Positions 46,498 through 57,561 of a DNA stretch of 64,000 bases are shown piece after piece. The stretch is taken from assembly GCA_973895155.1 (NCBI GenBank), contig OZ316899.1:4033241-4097240 (forward strand), read 5' to 3'. A program made the translations under genes and the position numbers. The stretch is from Marsupella aquatica (lineage: Eukaryota > Plantae > Marchantiophyta). Within the stretch, counting starts at the first letter, position 1, and each line of letters starts with the position of its first letter. The notes under the pieces were generated by a model. The model had not been told where the DNA came from, ran no database searches, and was given only the letters and a program-made list of their open reading frames with translations.

Positions 46498-49213
46498 CTA
46501 TGATATCAAATGATCAGCCTTCTGCCTCAACACTCCACCTGAACTCCAAAGTGGAACATCCAAAAAGGAGGGTACCACTGCCGCCAAACTAAAGACCTCC
46601 TCTACCTCCTCATAGACTAGAGAATCCACGGCTAAGAGGTTACCCTCCAACAAATCCCCTGGCCAAGTGACCACTCCACTAAAACCAGCAACTGATGCCA
46701 ATACCTCTGGGGAAGTCCCTCCTGGTCTAACCCCAGAAATAAACCTCACAGGCACCTGGCTCAAATGTCCATCACCAGACTGCCAACCAGGTCTAAAGGC
46801 TGCTGTCTCAGTCCAATAGTCCATCTGAAAACCCATCGGGTACAACACTGCACCTCCAACTAGTACATCATACAACTCTGCTGATGTCACCACAGCAGTC
46901 ACTCCTAATGTAGAGCTATCACTCGCATGATCTGGCCTCATCTGCACTGACACCCTCTCTCGTGTCATGAAGTGAGACCTATCACTGGCTCCTCCAAGTG
47001 ATGTCTGAATCTGGAATGGGCATGGCTCCAACTCTGACCTCCGAATACCCAAACCAATACAAGCTGCCTTCCCCAACATCAAGGGTTGGGCACCAGAGTC
47101 CAACAACACCCTCTCTGGTCTATACACCTGTCCTGAAGGACTCACCAATTGAAAGACACCAGTCCGGTTGTTCAACATACATACTCCAGGTGTAAGCCTC
47201 TCACGATCAATGGCTGGTTGGGCTGGTAATGCATCCATCCTCGCCGCTGCCGCCTGCCAAGTAGCATCGGTACTTAATGCAACATCTGACACTAAGGGTT
47301 GCTCAACAACAACACCCTCACACGCCTCAGCACTTGTAGCAGCAACACTCCCACGTTCACACAACGTGCCAGCTAGCTGAAATACACAAGTCATGTCAAC
47401 TCTTGAGGCCATCAACTCAGTTGCGGAAAATAATGAGGATCCTAATACTGAGGTTGCCATCCGCAACACTGCACTAGAGGCTACATCTGTGTCTACTACA
47501 CGTGATGTAGATGCCCCTGTATCCACTATCGGCTCAATAGTTCTCATAGGAACCATGGATGGAGTCCTAAGCACCTCTGACAACAATAATGACTGAGGAA
47601 GCCTAGCCTGCCTCCCAGCCTCACCCCTCTGTGGGTCCAACTCCACAATGGCACCACGTGGCTCTGAAGCTCTAGTTGCACCTCTCATCAACGCAACTGA
47701 TGCCTCAACTTGTGCCGCACTTGCCATATAAGAGAGATCATCCCCCCCATAAGACGTGGAAGCCCCTGCTCCCGAACCTGCTCGAGGTGGAATACCAGCC
47801 ATAGTAGCAAGTCTCTGCTCCAACTGCTCAATCCTAGCCGCCATAGCAACCTCTATCATAGGGGGAGGGACAGCCACTATAGGCGCTCCAACTGCTGGTG
47901 GACCTCTACCACCCCTACCACCTCTACCAGCTCCACCACCTTGGCCTCTCTGAGGTGCTCCACCATGACCTCGACCACCCATCCTCAACTCTGGGTATAG
48001 GTCAAAACAACGGTCTCGAGGATGACTTGCTTGACCACAATGATCACACTGCACCTGGGCTGACTGAGATCCATCCTCTAAACTCCGTCCCGCACTCTCC
48101 TAGGGACAAACCCTCCGGACATGATCACCTCCACATGTCCAACACATTGGTCCTTGCTGTTGGGCAGCATATGAAGGCAACGGTCTCTACACACTCATCC
48201 CTCTGGAACCTGACTGAGGTTGTGCCAAACTTCCATGACTCCCACTACTACCACCACCACCACTACTACAAGACTGTAAAGTGGCTGGCTGAACTCGAGA
48301 AGTAGTGGCTGTATCCCTACTGAATGTAGATGTCACTACCCTCTCCTCCACCATGTTAAGCTCAATCTTCTCAGCCAAAGCAAACACACGGGACAACGTG
48401 GGTGGATCATCACTCATCAGAGTAGCACCATGTACCCTCCTCCACAACTCTCTGTCCAAAATCCCATACCAGAACTGGACAGCCTGTGCCTCAGTCACAC
48501 CCTGGGTAACTGAAATCAAACGCCGCATACGAGTGTATGCCTCACGAAGACTCTCACTAGTCTTTCTCTCAAACTCCTGGAGACTCCTCAACTTCTCTGT
48601 CTTCACCCCCTGGTAGTTCTTCTTCAACCTCTTGAAGAACTCTGTAACTAGGCTGAACGAAGGTGGAGCGCTAGTGCCTCCACTAGCACCTCCACTAGTG
48701 CCTCCACTAGTACCAACACCACCCTGAGTGATAGACACATAGACTGGAGACCAATGTTGTCTCCATGCCTCAATCTCAATAGCATGGTCCTTCTGGAACT
48801 CATGATAATCATCCATGGGAGGCCCCTCCAAGTGCTGAAACAACCCCTTCCATGCCAAGAAAGGTGTAAATAACGTGGTGTTACGCAACATCTGCATATC
48901 ACACCATGTATCAAACTCTTGAATGAAGTCCTCCAACTCATGGTGCCCACTGCCCTGAGTAACGTCGTGGGCCCTTCATGGCCCCGTACATCCCGTCCAT
49001 ATCCCAAATCAATGGGGCTGCTATACTGGACAATACAACTAAAGACTTGATGTCTGGAACACCCTCGTCCTCATCCTCATCAACTAACGGTAGTGGAAAA
49101 GGTAGCCGATACCTCAATCCACTCTGTGTAAAACCACCAGTGTCAGCACCAAGGTCCCCAACAGGACCACCAAACTGCTCCGTGATGACAAGCCGCAACA
49201 GCACCACCACCAA
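46498..49213 (-). pseudogene. gypsy gag, CCHC knuckle and aspartic protease (frameshifted)
   Basis: EDFIQEFDTWCDMQ gag, CDHCGQASHPRDRC knuckle, RGG-rich stretch, VLLDSGAQP protease. Confidence 0.85.
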
Positions 49214-50847
49214 ATCACCACCACTAATTAACCAAGTAACGTCGATGTCGCCGTACTACTCTAGCCCTAATAGCTACATGGGTGTGGGCAACCTAACCTG
49301 TCATCACCACAAGCAACCTCCCATGGTCTACTGGTCATTACTCCAGTCTCACCGTGAGAGAAACATAGGTAGTCTGACTGGTCATCACTCCAACCTCACT
49401 ACCGGCAGCACACTGGAGTAAAACTACTCCGGAAATCAGCGTCAACCCTAACAATGGGCGCGCAAGCAAGAAGCAGCAATGGAGGGGATCCAAACACATG
49501 AAGTCCAACGACAACCCTCCAATCGCAAATGAAATACAAAACGGAAATCAAGGTAACACAATCCACCAACCGTGACGCCCCTTGAATCCACAAAACAAAC
49601 CACACAATCCTAATGCAATGTAGCTACTCTGCTAGTAGTCTACGACGTGCTCCTCGCACTCCCAACATTTGATAATGTCACCTGCATGGAAACGCTATCC
49701 ACCACCATCCGCTAGGAATCCCAAAACGGGTCCTAACGCAACCTAAAACGATGCATATATGGGGGAAAACGTCCAAATATTACACCAATTCCTCTAAGGC
49801 AGTCTATACACTAGTAGAATTCAGAACTTGCCAGTTAAGCGTCTTGCAGGCAGAATAGTGCAAAGATGGGTGACCAGTTATGCAACACAATACTCACAGA
49901 ACTACTCACAAATCTGCAAAACTATCTCACACCCAAGCAAGCAAGCTTGCTTGCTTGCTCCTTTTCTCTGCCTCTCACGCCCACTCGCCCCGAGCTACCA
50001 CGAGTTGCCTCAAAGCCTCAAAATGCTTGAGACATGCCCCTTTCGCCCTGACTCGCTCCGCCACGCTACGCTACGCTACAAGCAAAGCGCCCCCAGCATG
50101 CAGGTTCGCTATCCACCATAGCCAGACCTTGAGCTAGTCCGCGAAATTTCAATCTCTGATTACTCCGTGAATCCTCGACGAAAAATGAATCTGTCTGGAC
50201 CAGAATTCAATTGGCCACCATAGCTATCTCTCCACAAGAAATCAACTACAACTGAGGTCTGTACTTCGAGCTAAAAATTGGACAACATTTTGGCCTATAC
50301 ATTTCCGAAGTTGCACAGCGCTTTCGCTCACAATCTATGAGCCACAACTAGGACAGCGCTTCCGCGCCATTGATCACACAACACAGATTTGCAACTCTGT
50401 CATCCAGATCTACTACCAATGCACTAAAATCCGGCAGCGCTTCTGCATAGATTCATCAATACAAAAATCTGCAACGGTCCCTCTCTAAACAACAATTTGC
50501 TCCACACACAGTTCTGCACGATTGAATTGATGTTGCAAATCAGACAATGATCAACATCAGAAACCTCTCACCCGATCTGGATGACTTCCAAACAGAGCTT
50601 CTGCACTCAAGCTTTCCAAATCTGAAAAACCGTCGAACACAAACCAGATTCTTCATTCTTTGATTACTTCCAACTCGCTCAACCAAACCAGACGATCTTT
50701 AGTGCGTTGGAAAGCTCTCAGCAACGTGCTTCTTCCCCACCCATACATGCACCAGATCCACAAACCACAATGTATCCACGGCTGATGCTATCAAACAGCC
50801 TACCAGATCCTACTGATCTCTAATCGAAGTTACAATCGATCACTACG

Positions 50848-50858
50848 AGTTCTTTGAG
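50848..50858 (-). promoter_or_regulatory. Candidate self-priming PBS (11 nt)
   Basis: Directly abuts L' and is the exact reverse complement of 51016-51026 inside L'. No tRNA-type TGG PBS is present. Confidence 0.6.
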
Positions 50859-51222
50859 TGAAATCCGTGAAAGACATACTGTCTTAAAACACGTAAGAAC
50901 ACACACAGTCAAGCCAAACCCACTCCGCAATGGAGAATCTAGGTCAAAGCTAATGGGACACCATAGCCAAGGAGCTCCACTCACTACCAAGGCTCTCCCA
51001 ACGCCAAAGGCTCAGCTCAAAGAACTAACCATCCTTTGAGCCTCACCACACTATACCCTCCAACCCTGAGGGCGGGTCCTACTAGAGGAGTCACCCTCAA
51101 TAGGGCACCCCCTCTAACCCTCTACCATGGAACCAGACTCCTAACTAGGCACTACGGCCCATCTAAGGTATGGACTCCGCTAGCACACTACATAGTCTAG
51201 CACGCTATATATGGTCATGACA
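50859..51222 (-). repeat. 5' terminal repeat L' (364 bp)
   Basis: About 11 differences from 37387-37750; TG...CA; lacks the X segment. Confidence 0.95.
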
Positions 51223-51850
51223 CCACCCTTCATAAGGTTTTGCCTTCCTCATTGAGATTCAACCCTCCAACTTTTCATCTCTAAATCCACGTTTTCTGGT
51301 CTGGTCTTGAAGCCCTTGACAACATGGTGTTCCCTATCTGATTTTCAGCCTAAGAAAACTTCTCTACATTTATCAATTTCTCACATCAAGAAAATTGTCC
51401 CAAAAACCGTCAAAAGTCCAATCTCTCCATGTTGACTTGACTTCCTTCCATTTCTCACCAAGAAAGTGACTCATCCATAAAACTCTCCAGTAGAACCTTC
51501 AAACTTCAGTCCACTAGAAGAAAGGAGCAATGGCTATTCTCTACACTCCCATCATCTTCTATTGTCCCTCTCCTAACTCCACATCAGACTCCAAAGCTCT
51601 CCATTCAATACACCTCACCAAAAATTTAGAGACCAACTCTATAATGAATCCTTCTCACAATTCATTAAACCCTAAACCCTTCCACTCCACAATACTCTTT
51701 CCACATCTTCTCTTAGAACTATGCATGCTTCTCCAAACTTTTATCTCAAAGCTCACCTCCTTGAAGCCCAACACTTGGCTGCCCCTCAACGGTAACCAAA
51801 TCAACAAATGCCACATTGCTTTTCCTAGGTGCCACATTGCCCCTCCTGGG

Positions 51851-52185
51851 TGTTGTTAGGAATTGACTTGAGTTCTCGACTTTAGTTAGTTTGGCCTTAC
51901 TAGGGTGAATTAACCCTGGATTACAATAGGATTAGATCCGCTTAGATTAGGCCCATACATCTTGGCTCCCTTCCAAGGGCGGTATAGGTTGGAGGGAGAG
52001 CAATTCATTCTTTCCCTCTTTTTTCACATGTACTTTCTCATGAGCTATGGACCCTTCAGGAGTTTCTCCATCATGGTGTCGTACGTGTTGGTGTAGTGTG
52101 AGATTGAGTGCTCTCATGTTTTCCATTGCTATCTAGTCTGGAGCCAACAATTTTTTACAAATGGTACTAGAGCTTTGTTTCTATG
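51851..52185 (+). mobile_element. Old LTR with degenerate tRNA-Met-type PBS
   Basis: TGTTGTTAGG...TTTTACAA followed by TGGTACTAGAGC (cf. TGGTATCAGAGC). Confidence 0.35.
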
Positions 52186-53032
52186 GTTGATGGCCTAGGC
52201 AGTGGTGAGAGCGTTCATTGTGTTCCAAGATTGTGGTGAAAGATTGAATTGTCATTGACAACTAAATGAGGGATCCTATCACTTGCAGTTTTGCGTTGAT
52301 TGTTTTGTGTTTGGAAGAGGTGACGGTTTCCCGATTCAAACTTCTCTGAAGTGTTGGAGGTGTCACTATGTGTAAGTAGTGAGCAAATTACAAAAACTAG
52401 AAATAAATGGAATTTGGCAATGTCTTTGGTCAAAGAACCTCGTCATTACTATTTTAAATATTTGTGTTGCTTGGGGCTTTGCATACATTGAAACAAATTC
52501 TTTTGGAGAATGCAAAGAATGATTACCTAGGATATGTGAGGTAACTGTGGAATGGCTCAGTAGAGGCTTGAGTAGGATATGCGTAAGGTTTTTGCTTTGG
52601 AGGAATAGTAATAACATAGTTATAGTGATTAGCAAAGTTGTTAGATTTAGGGTAACTTAATAACTAGGGAAGTAGAGTAGGGAAATAAATTGAGGGAGGA
52701 GAAATGTTGCTCTAAGAAGTATCAAGAGTTGAGTAAGCTATTTGGTAAGGCGAAAAGAAGTTACGATACTCGGCAAGTCAGACAGGAGGAATGACCGATA
52801 CTTTATAGCAATATGTTTTGTTAAGACTTACACTATAGGTGCTAGGTAGTACCTAGACCACACATAAAAGTTATGAAGTCAAGTGGGGTCTTAACCTAGG
52901 AGTTTTGAGTATTTTGACAAAACTTAAAATAACCAACTAGCGACTCTTGGATAAAATAGCTAAGGGATACATTTTGTGGGTTAGAGTTTATAATTAAATT
53001 TAATATAGCCCATAATATCCCTTGAATGTATG

Positions 53033-53334
53033 GGGTATTTACAAACGACAGCAAACAGCAAACAATAATAGGAAACAAAAACTGGTAACAGAAAAATGAG
53101 TGGTAATTTTTTTGAAATTTTTTTGAAATTTTTTGCCGAATTTTTTTATAAAATTTTGCCGAAAATATTTTTGCTAGCGCCCAAAGCTAGCCAAAAAATG
53201 TTTTCGGGAATTTTTTTTGTTTGAAAATGTGATTTTTTAGGAAATATTTTTACATTTTCATTTTTTTGGTAACAGTAAATTTTTGTTGGTACAAGTAAAC
53301 CTGTTTCCTGTTTACTGTCACGCATGTCATACCC
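53033..53334. mobile_element. Mutator-type MITE, second copy
   Basis: GGGTAT...ATACCC; 9-bp TSD GAATGTATG / GAATGTATT (8 of 9). Confidence 0.85.
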
Positions 53335-54239
53335 GAATGTATTATAAATACTTTGTCACCTTTTCTTACTTTTTGGGAGCATCTCAAAGTTAAGGAAAAA
53401 GTAATGCGCATTATAGATATGTGTAAACTTAGGTAATGTTAGAAAAGTCATTTTGAAATATTTAGCAAGGTGGAGAAATTCAGGAGTAAGTCCTATGACC
53501 AGGGATTCCAGGGATATGCTTGGAAGCACTTTTGAACATTTGGATGAGTTTTGGCATGGCCTTGAAGAAGGGCCAGTATAACTTTTTCTCCCAGGCGGAA
53601 AGCATTTTTTTCTAAGTGTAAACGGCGTCAAGAGGCAAGAATGACAAAGCAGGTACGATGAGGTGCGGCTAGCTTTGAATTGGGTAGGTTGATTGTTTCC
53701 ATGGCAGCTGCACAATAGACTAGAGGTACTACTACTAATCAGGCATGAGATGCTCATGAGAATTGGCCAGCTGATGCTGCTTTGCTATTTGTGAAATTGA
53801 AGGGCTCGTTGCAAATAGGGGCTGCTGCTCAGACCACGACCTTGACTTGCTTCTAGGCAGCCTGCAAATCAAGAAGAATCAGCATGGGATCCATGCTGCT
53901 GACTGGCAAATAGAAGCTATGAATTGAAATCAGGCTATGAAATTGACCTTCCTAGTTGTGAAATTGAATTGAGGTTGGCTTGATGCTGAGAATAGAGAAG
54001 CTATTGGCTGGTTGAGTGAAGTTGAGCTATGGCTGCTATGGTGGGCTACAATGCTGATTGTGAGGGCTCCTCAGGTGCTCCTCTCAATCTAATTCACTCA
54101 CTCAACAGCCCTCTCAATCTAAGGTCACAATAGGAGCACCTGAGGAGGAGCTTCTATGCTTCCAACAAAAATTGAGAACTAAAAGAAAATGTAACCGTCA
54201 TCCTACTTAAGATGCTGAAGGAAAAGAGGAAAAGATCCT

Positions 54240-56975
54240 TAAATTGGTAACTTATCACACACAAATGACTAGATTGTCAAATAACTTTTCAATTAGATTT
54301 AGACTGATGCTCATGGCAATGGAACATTCAATAACAAGTACTGGAATGGCAACACTTGAATGCTACAAAGAAATCAACATGGAGCAATTCAAATCCATAT
54401 CCAATTGTCAAAGTATGGTCTCAAATTACTAAGGTATTAACTTCTCAATAGGAGAAGGATTCTTTAGTTCTACTCACAACAGGTCAAGGCTCAACAAGAG
54501 CACTTGAGGAGGAGCTTCTATGCTTCCAACAAAAACTAAGAACTAAAAGAAAATGTAATCGTCATCCTACTTAAGATGCTCAAGGAAAAGAGGGTAAGAT
54601 CCCAAAAGGCATCAAGGTTGATTTCCCGATGATGGAAGAAAACATAACTGTTGTTAAGATCCGAAAATGAATACAAGGCAAAATTTGGAAATGGATTTCC
54701 GGTTTTACATAAAACTTTGGATTTGAGTTTTTGCGGATCCAGTAATACTAACTCAAATTAATCTAAAACTACATATACTATAACACTATCCTCTAGATCT
54801 ACTATATCTGGGTCACAAACAATATCAACTTGACTAACGGGTTAATTACTGGGAAGTAGGTGTCCTTAAAGTAGTAGTAGTAGTAGCCTCCACATCCTTC
54901 AAATCCAAGGGAGAACTGCATGGAGTGTTGATAGTCAAAGGTGACACAGACGGAAAACAAAACTCAACCTTCTCAAATCTGGGTGGAATATTTTTTGCTT
55001 TGAATCAAATATTCCGGATTCCGAACACAGACACGTGCCAATGTTGACTTTGCATCCAAAATCACCTTCTCCATCTGGTCAAATGCTCCCGTGATCTTCT
55101 TGGCAAACCGGTTATTGCACTTGATAACCTTAGCAAGGGTGCCTGGATTGGCTATTGCCAAATACTTATCAATCAAATTGGTTTCCAACAAGCCTAAAGT
55201 TGGAACATGAAGAGCTTCCTGAACAGTGGTGAAAGTTGCATTCAGTAGCTTCAGGATTTGCAGATGTTCCTCCAACTCTTTCTGGGCAGCATCTAATTGG
55301 TCCACTAAGGAATCAATCTTCCTTCTGTCTTTATCTGCCTAGTCTTTCAGATCCCAGATCCTCTTATTGGCCTGACTTTTGATCACCATCTCCAAAGTAG
55401 AAATGATAAGAACTGGACTGCAATTCAACATCTCAACAACTGTCCCAACAAGATCCTCTAGCTACTTGGTCTTTTCGGCTACACTCTCCACGAATGTATT
55501 GATGTGTTCCAACTCTGCTGAGGCCGTCCACTTGGAGCTCGGTGTCACACACGGAAGGCTCCCTCTACTTTCCGGTTTTTTGACAGGTTTTGGATCCAGA
55601 ACAGAATCCAGTTCTGGACTATGGACCACTCTCTTCCGAGTCCTAGGGGTCAAACTTCAACAATCGGCTCTTCCTTTGATTGAGTCCCCTCAGACTGCTG
55701 CCAATCCAAATCTCCAAGTTGAGCGAGCATTGTCTGGTTATCATACTCCTCTACTTCTTTGTCATTTAAAACCCAATCCATGGAGTATAGGTTAGCCAAG
55801 TAGCAAGAAAGGGATGTGGGGGTCTTCAAATGAAGATTTCCAAACTTCTGTATGTATGACTTCCTCCAAAATCTTTGCCCAAGAAATCTTCTTGTCTCCA
55901 ACATCGGAAGTAGCGATGGTGTTACCAATCCGGATGGTAACTTGTCGAGGCTTGGCAGGGGATAGAATTGGTAAAAGAGAAGAAAAGAAAGAACATTGAA
56001 GAACTCCTCAATAGAACATTGGGACACCTTCCATCCATCCTTCGGATCTACCTCTCCATCAAAGTAATTATCAGCAAAATTGTCTTTTGAGGTCAGAAAG
56101 CTCTCTCCCTTCAATGGCACATCCAACAATGATGAAATAACAACCACAATCCACTTTTCTGGATTTCTTCTAATAGAATCTGGAAATTCCAGAGCAAGGG
56201 TCACACGTACAATTTTGGACCTTCTTCACAAACACCGCACTCTGGTAACCCCATGGAAACTTGAGTAGCTTTGCATAGCCCATTATCTCTAGGTTGTTTT
56301 GAAGGCGGTCTTTCATTTCTGGATCCGACAGGATCTTGGGTTGCAACGGCTTTTTATTAACAATGATGGTTCGCTCCTTGGTTGATTGCTTGGGTACCGT
56401 CCGGATTCTGGATTTTTTGGGGGCAAAATTTGGATCCTTTCTCTTCGCCATGATGAGGCAATGATTAGAAAGAAACCAAATTAAAAACCGTTAACAAAAA
56501 TCCGGAAATCTCAAATCCAAAAATCAAAATCAAGTCTTCAATCTCTTCCCCACTCAATCAAACAATCACCTACTTTCCCCTAACTAGTTCTTCTCATAAC
56601 TAATGCCTCAAAACGACAACCTTGTCCGGCTCTATTCTCTCCTATAGTTTCACACTAAAGATTTCAGTAGTAGTTTGGTGTGAGGAATTTCGGGTTTAAA
56701 GTGGCCTTAAGAACTCGGAAGCCAATTTTCAGTCTCCATCCGGATGTTCAACTTATGGTTTTAATCGTCATTCTAGAAGATCTCCTAGCGCAACGTGGCA
56801 GGTACTCGTAATTTGGACATCTAAAAGAGTGCTATCGGATTTTTCCGGATCTCATACTTCAAACTAGTTTTTATGGCCATTTTCAGGCTTAATATGCTCC
56901 ATTAACCAGTTAATAAGAGATAAATTATTTTTAAAATCACTTTTTAAATCCGTTGGGCATAGCCATGATATCGCA
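54240..56975 (-). mobile_element. Family F3 unit, decayed copy truncated on the left
   Basis: Collinear with about 15400-19450 (minus the copia insert); right end GATATCGCA; ORF fragments 54973-56451. Confidence 0.8.
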
Positions 56976-57561
56976 CTTATCCTTACTACTAGCATTCCTA
57001 CCTAACTCTAGCTCTATTCTGAAACTACTTTGCCGCTAATGTCTGGCACGCTTGCTAGACCCACCCAAGCCAAACCCGGAATGTGCGTCCCAATTACTCC
57101 TCAGGTGGTTGGCATCCTACTCTAGTAGCAAGACCTGATCATTGAGGGATTCATTCTCCCTTTTGGCCGCGTCCATCTTCTCTGCAGCCTCTTGGCATGC
57201 TCTTCCAACTGCTGGGCGTTGCTCGTCAACTTGCCACTAGTTGGTCCTGGGTTGGGGCCTATTGTTGGACCCGCGCCACATTCACTTTTAGGGCATTGAC
57301 CTCCGTTGCATCTCTTTGGGCCCGAGCTTTGTCCTCCACCACGTCCTTTTGCTAGATTGGAGCTTGCCCCTTCAAGCTATTGATCTGTGCCCAGAGCCGT
57401 GCTATTTTTGCATCCTTACCCGCTTCGGCTTGCAAGGCTAGGGCCGTCTGGGCTTTGGCATTGGTGATCTGGCCTAGGGAGGTTGCTAACTGGGGCCAAA
57501 GGAGTTGTAACTTGGTCCCTTGGGCTGAGGCTTCATTTAATAGTTGGGTTGCCTCAACCTG
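56976..57561 (-). pseudogene. C-terminal part of a decayed F2-family ORF (host of the F1 copy)
   Basis: GCCGCTAATGTCTGGCACGCTTG matches the F2 ORF end at 40315-40340. QVEATQLL...INSLK is homologous to the F2 coiled coil. Confidence 0.75.

Larger units (their letters stand above)
37276..51222 (-). mobile_element. Ty3/gypsy retrotransposon carrying a DNMT3-like methyltransferase and a PHD finger, with split terminal repeats
   Basis: Order gag-CCHC-PR-DNMT-RT-RNase H-INT-PHD; TG...CA termini; flanks CCAC (37272-37275 / 51223-51226); repeats L and X at the ends. Confidence 0.9.

Noticed and set aside
48240-48270. (CAC/TAC)n tract
   Set aside because: Simple microsatellite encoding a low-complexity gag linker.
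49810-49821. CACTAGTAGAAT inside the gypsy 5' region
   Set aside because: No subterminal repeats or partner end; probably chance.
37276-51222. Classifying the DNMT element as DIRS/Ngaro because of its split repeats
   Set aside because: No tyrosine recombinase is visible; the RT, RNase H and DDE integrase are gypsy-type.
37387-51222. L and L' as a simple conventional LTR pair
   Set aside because: Their flanks do not form a TSD (GCAAC vs CCACC) and no PPT abuts L; the PPT abuts X'.
53356-53757. 133-aa Ser/Cys-rich ORF resembling a transit-peptide exon
   Set aside because: No recognisable motif, no supporting exons or second copy; likely a chance ORF.
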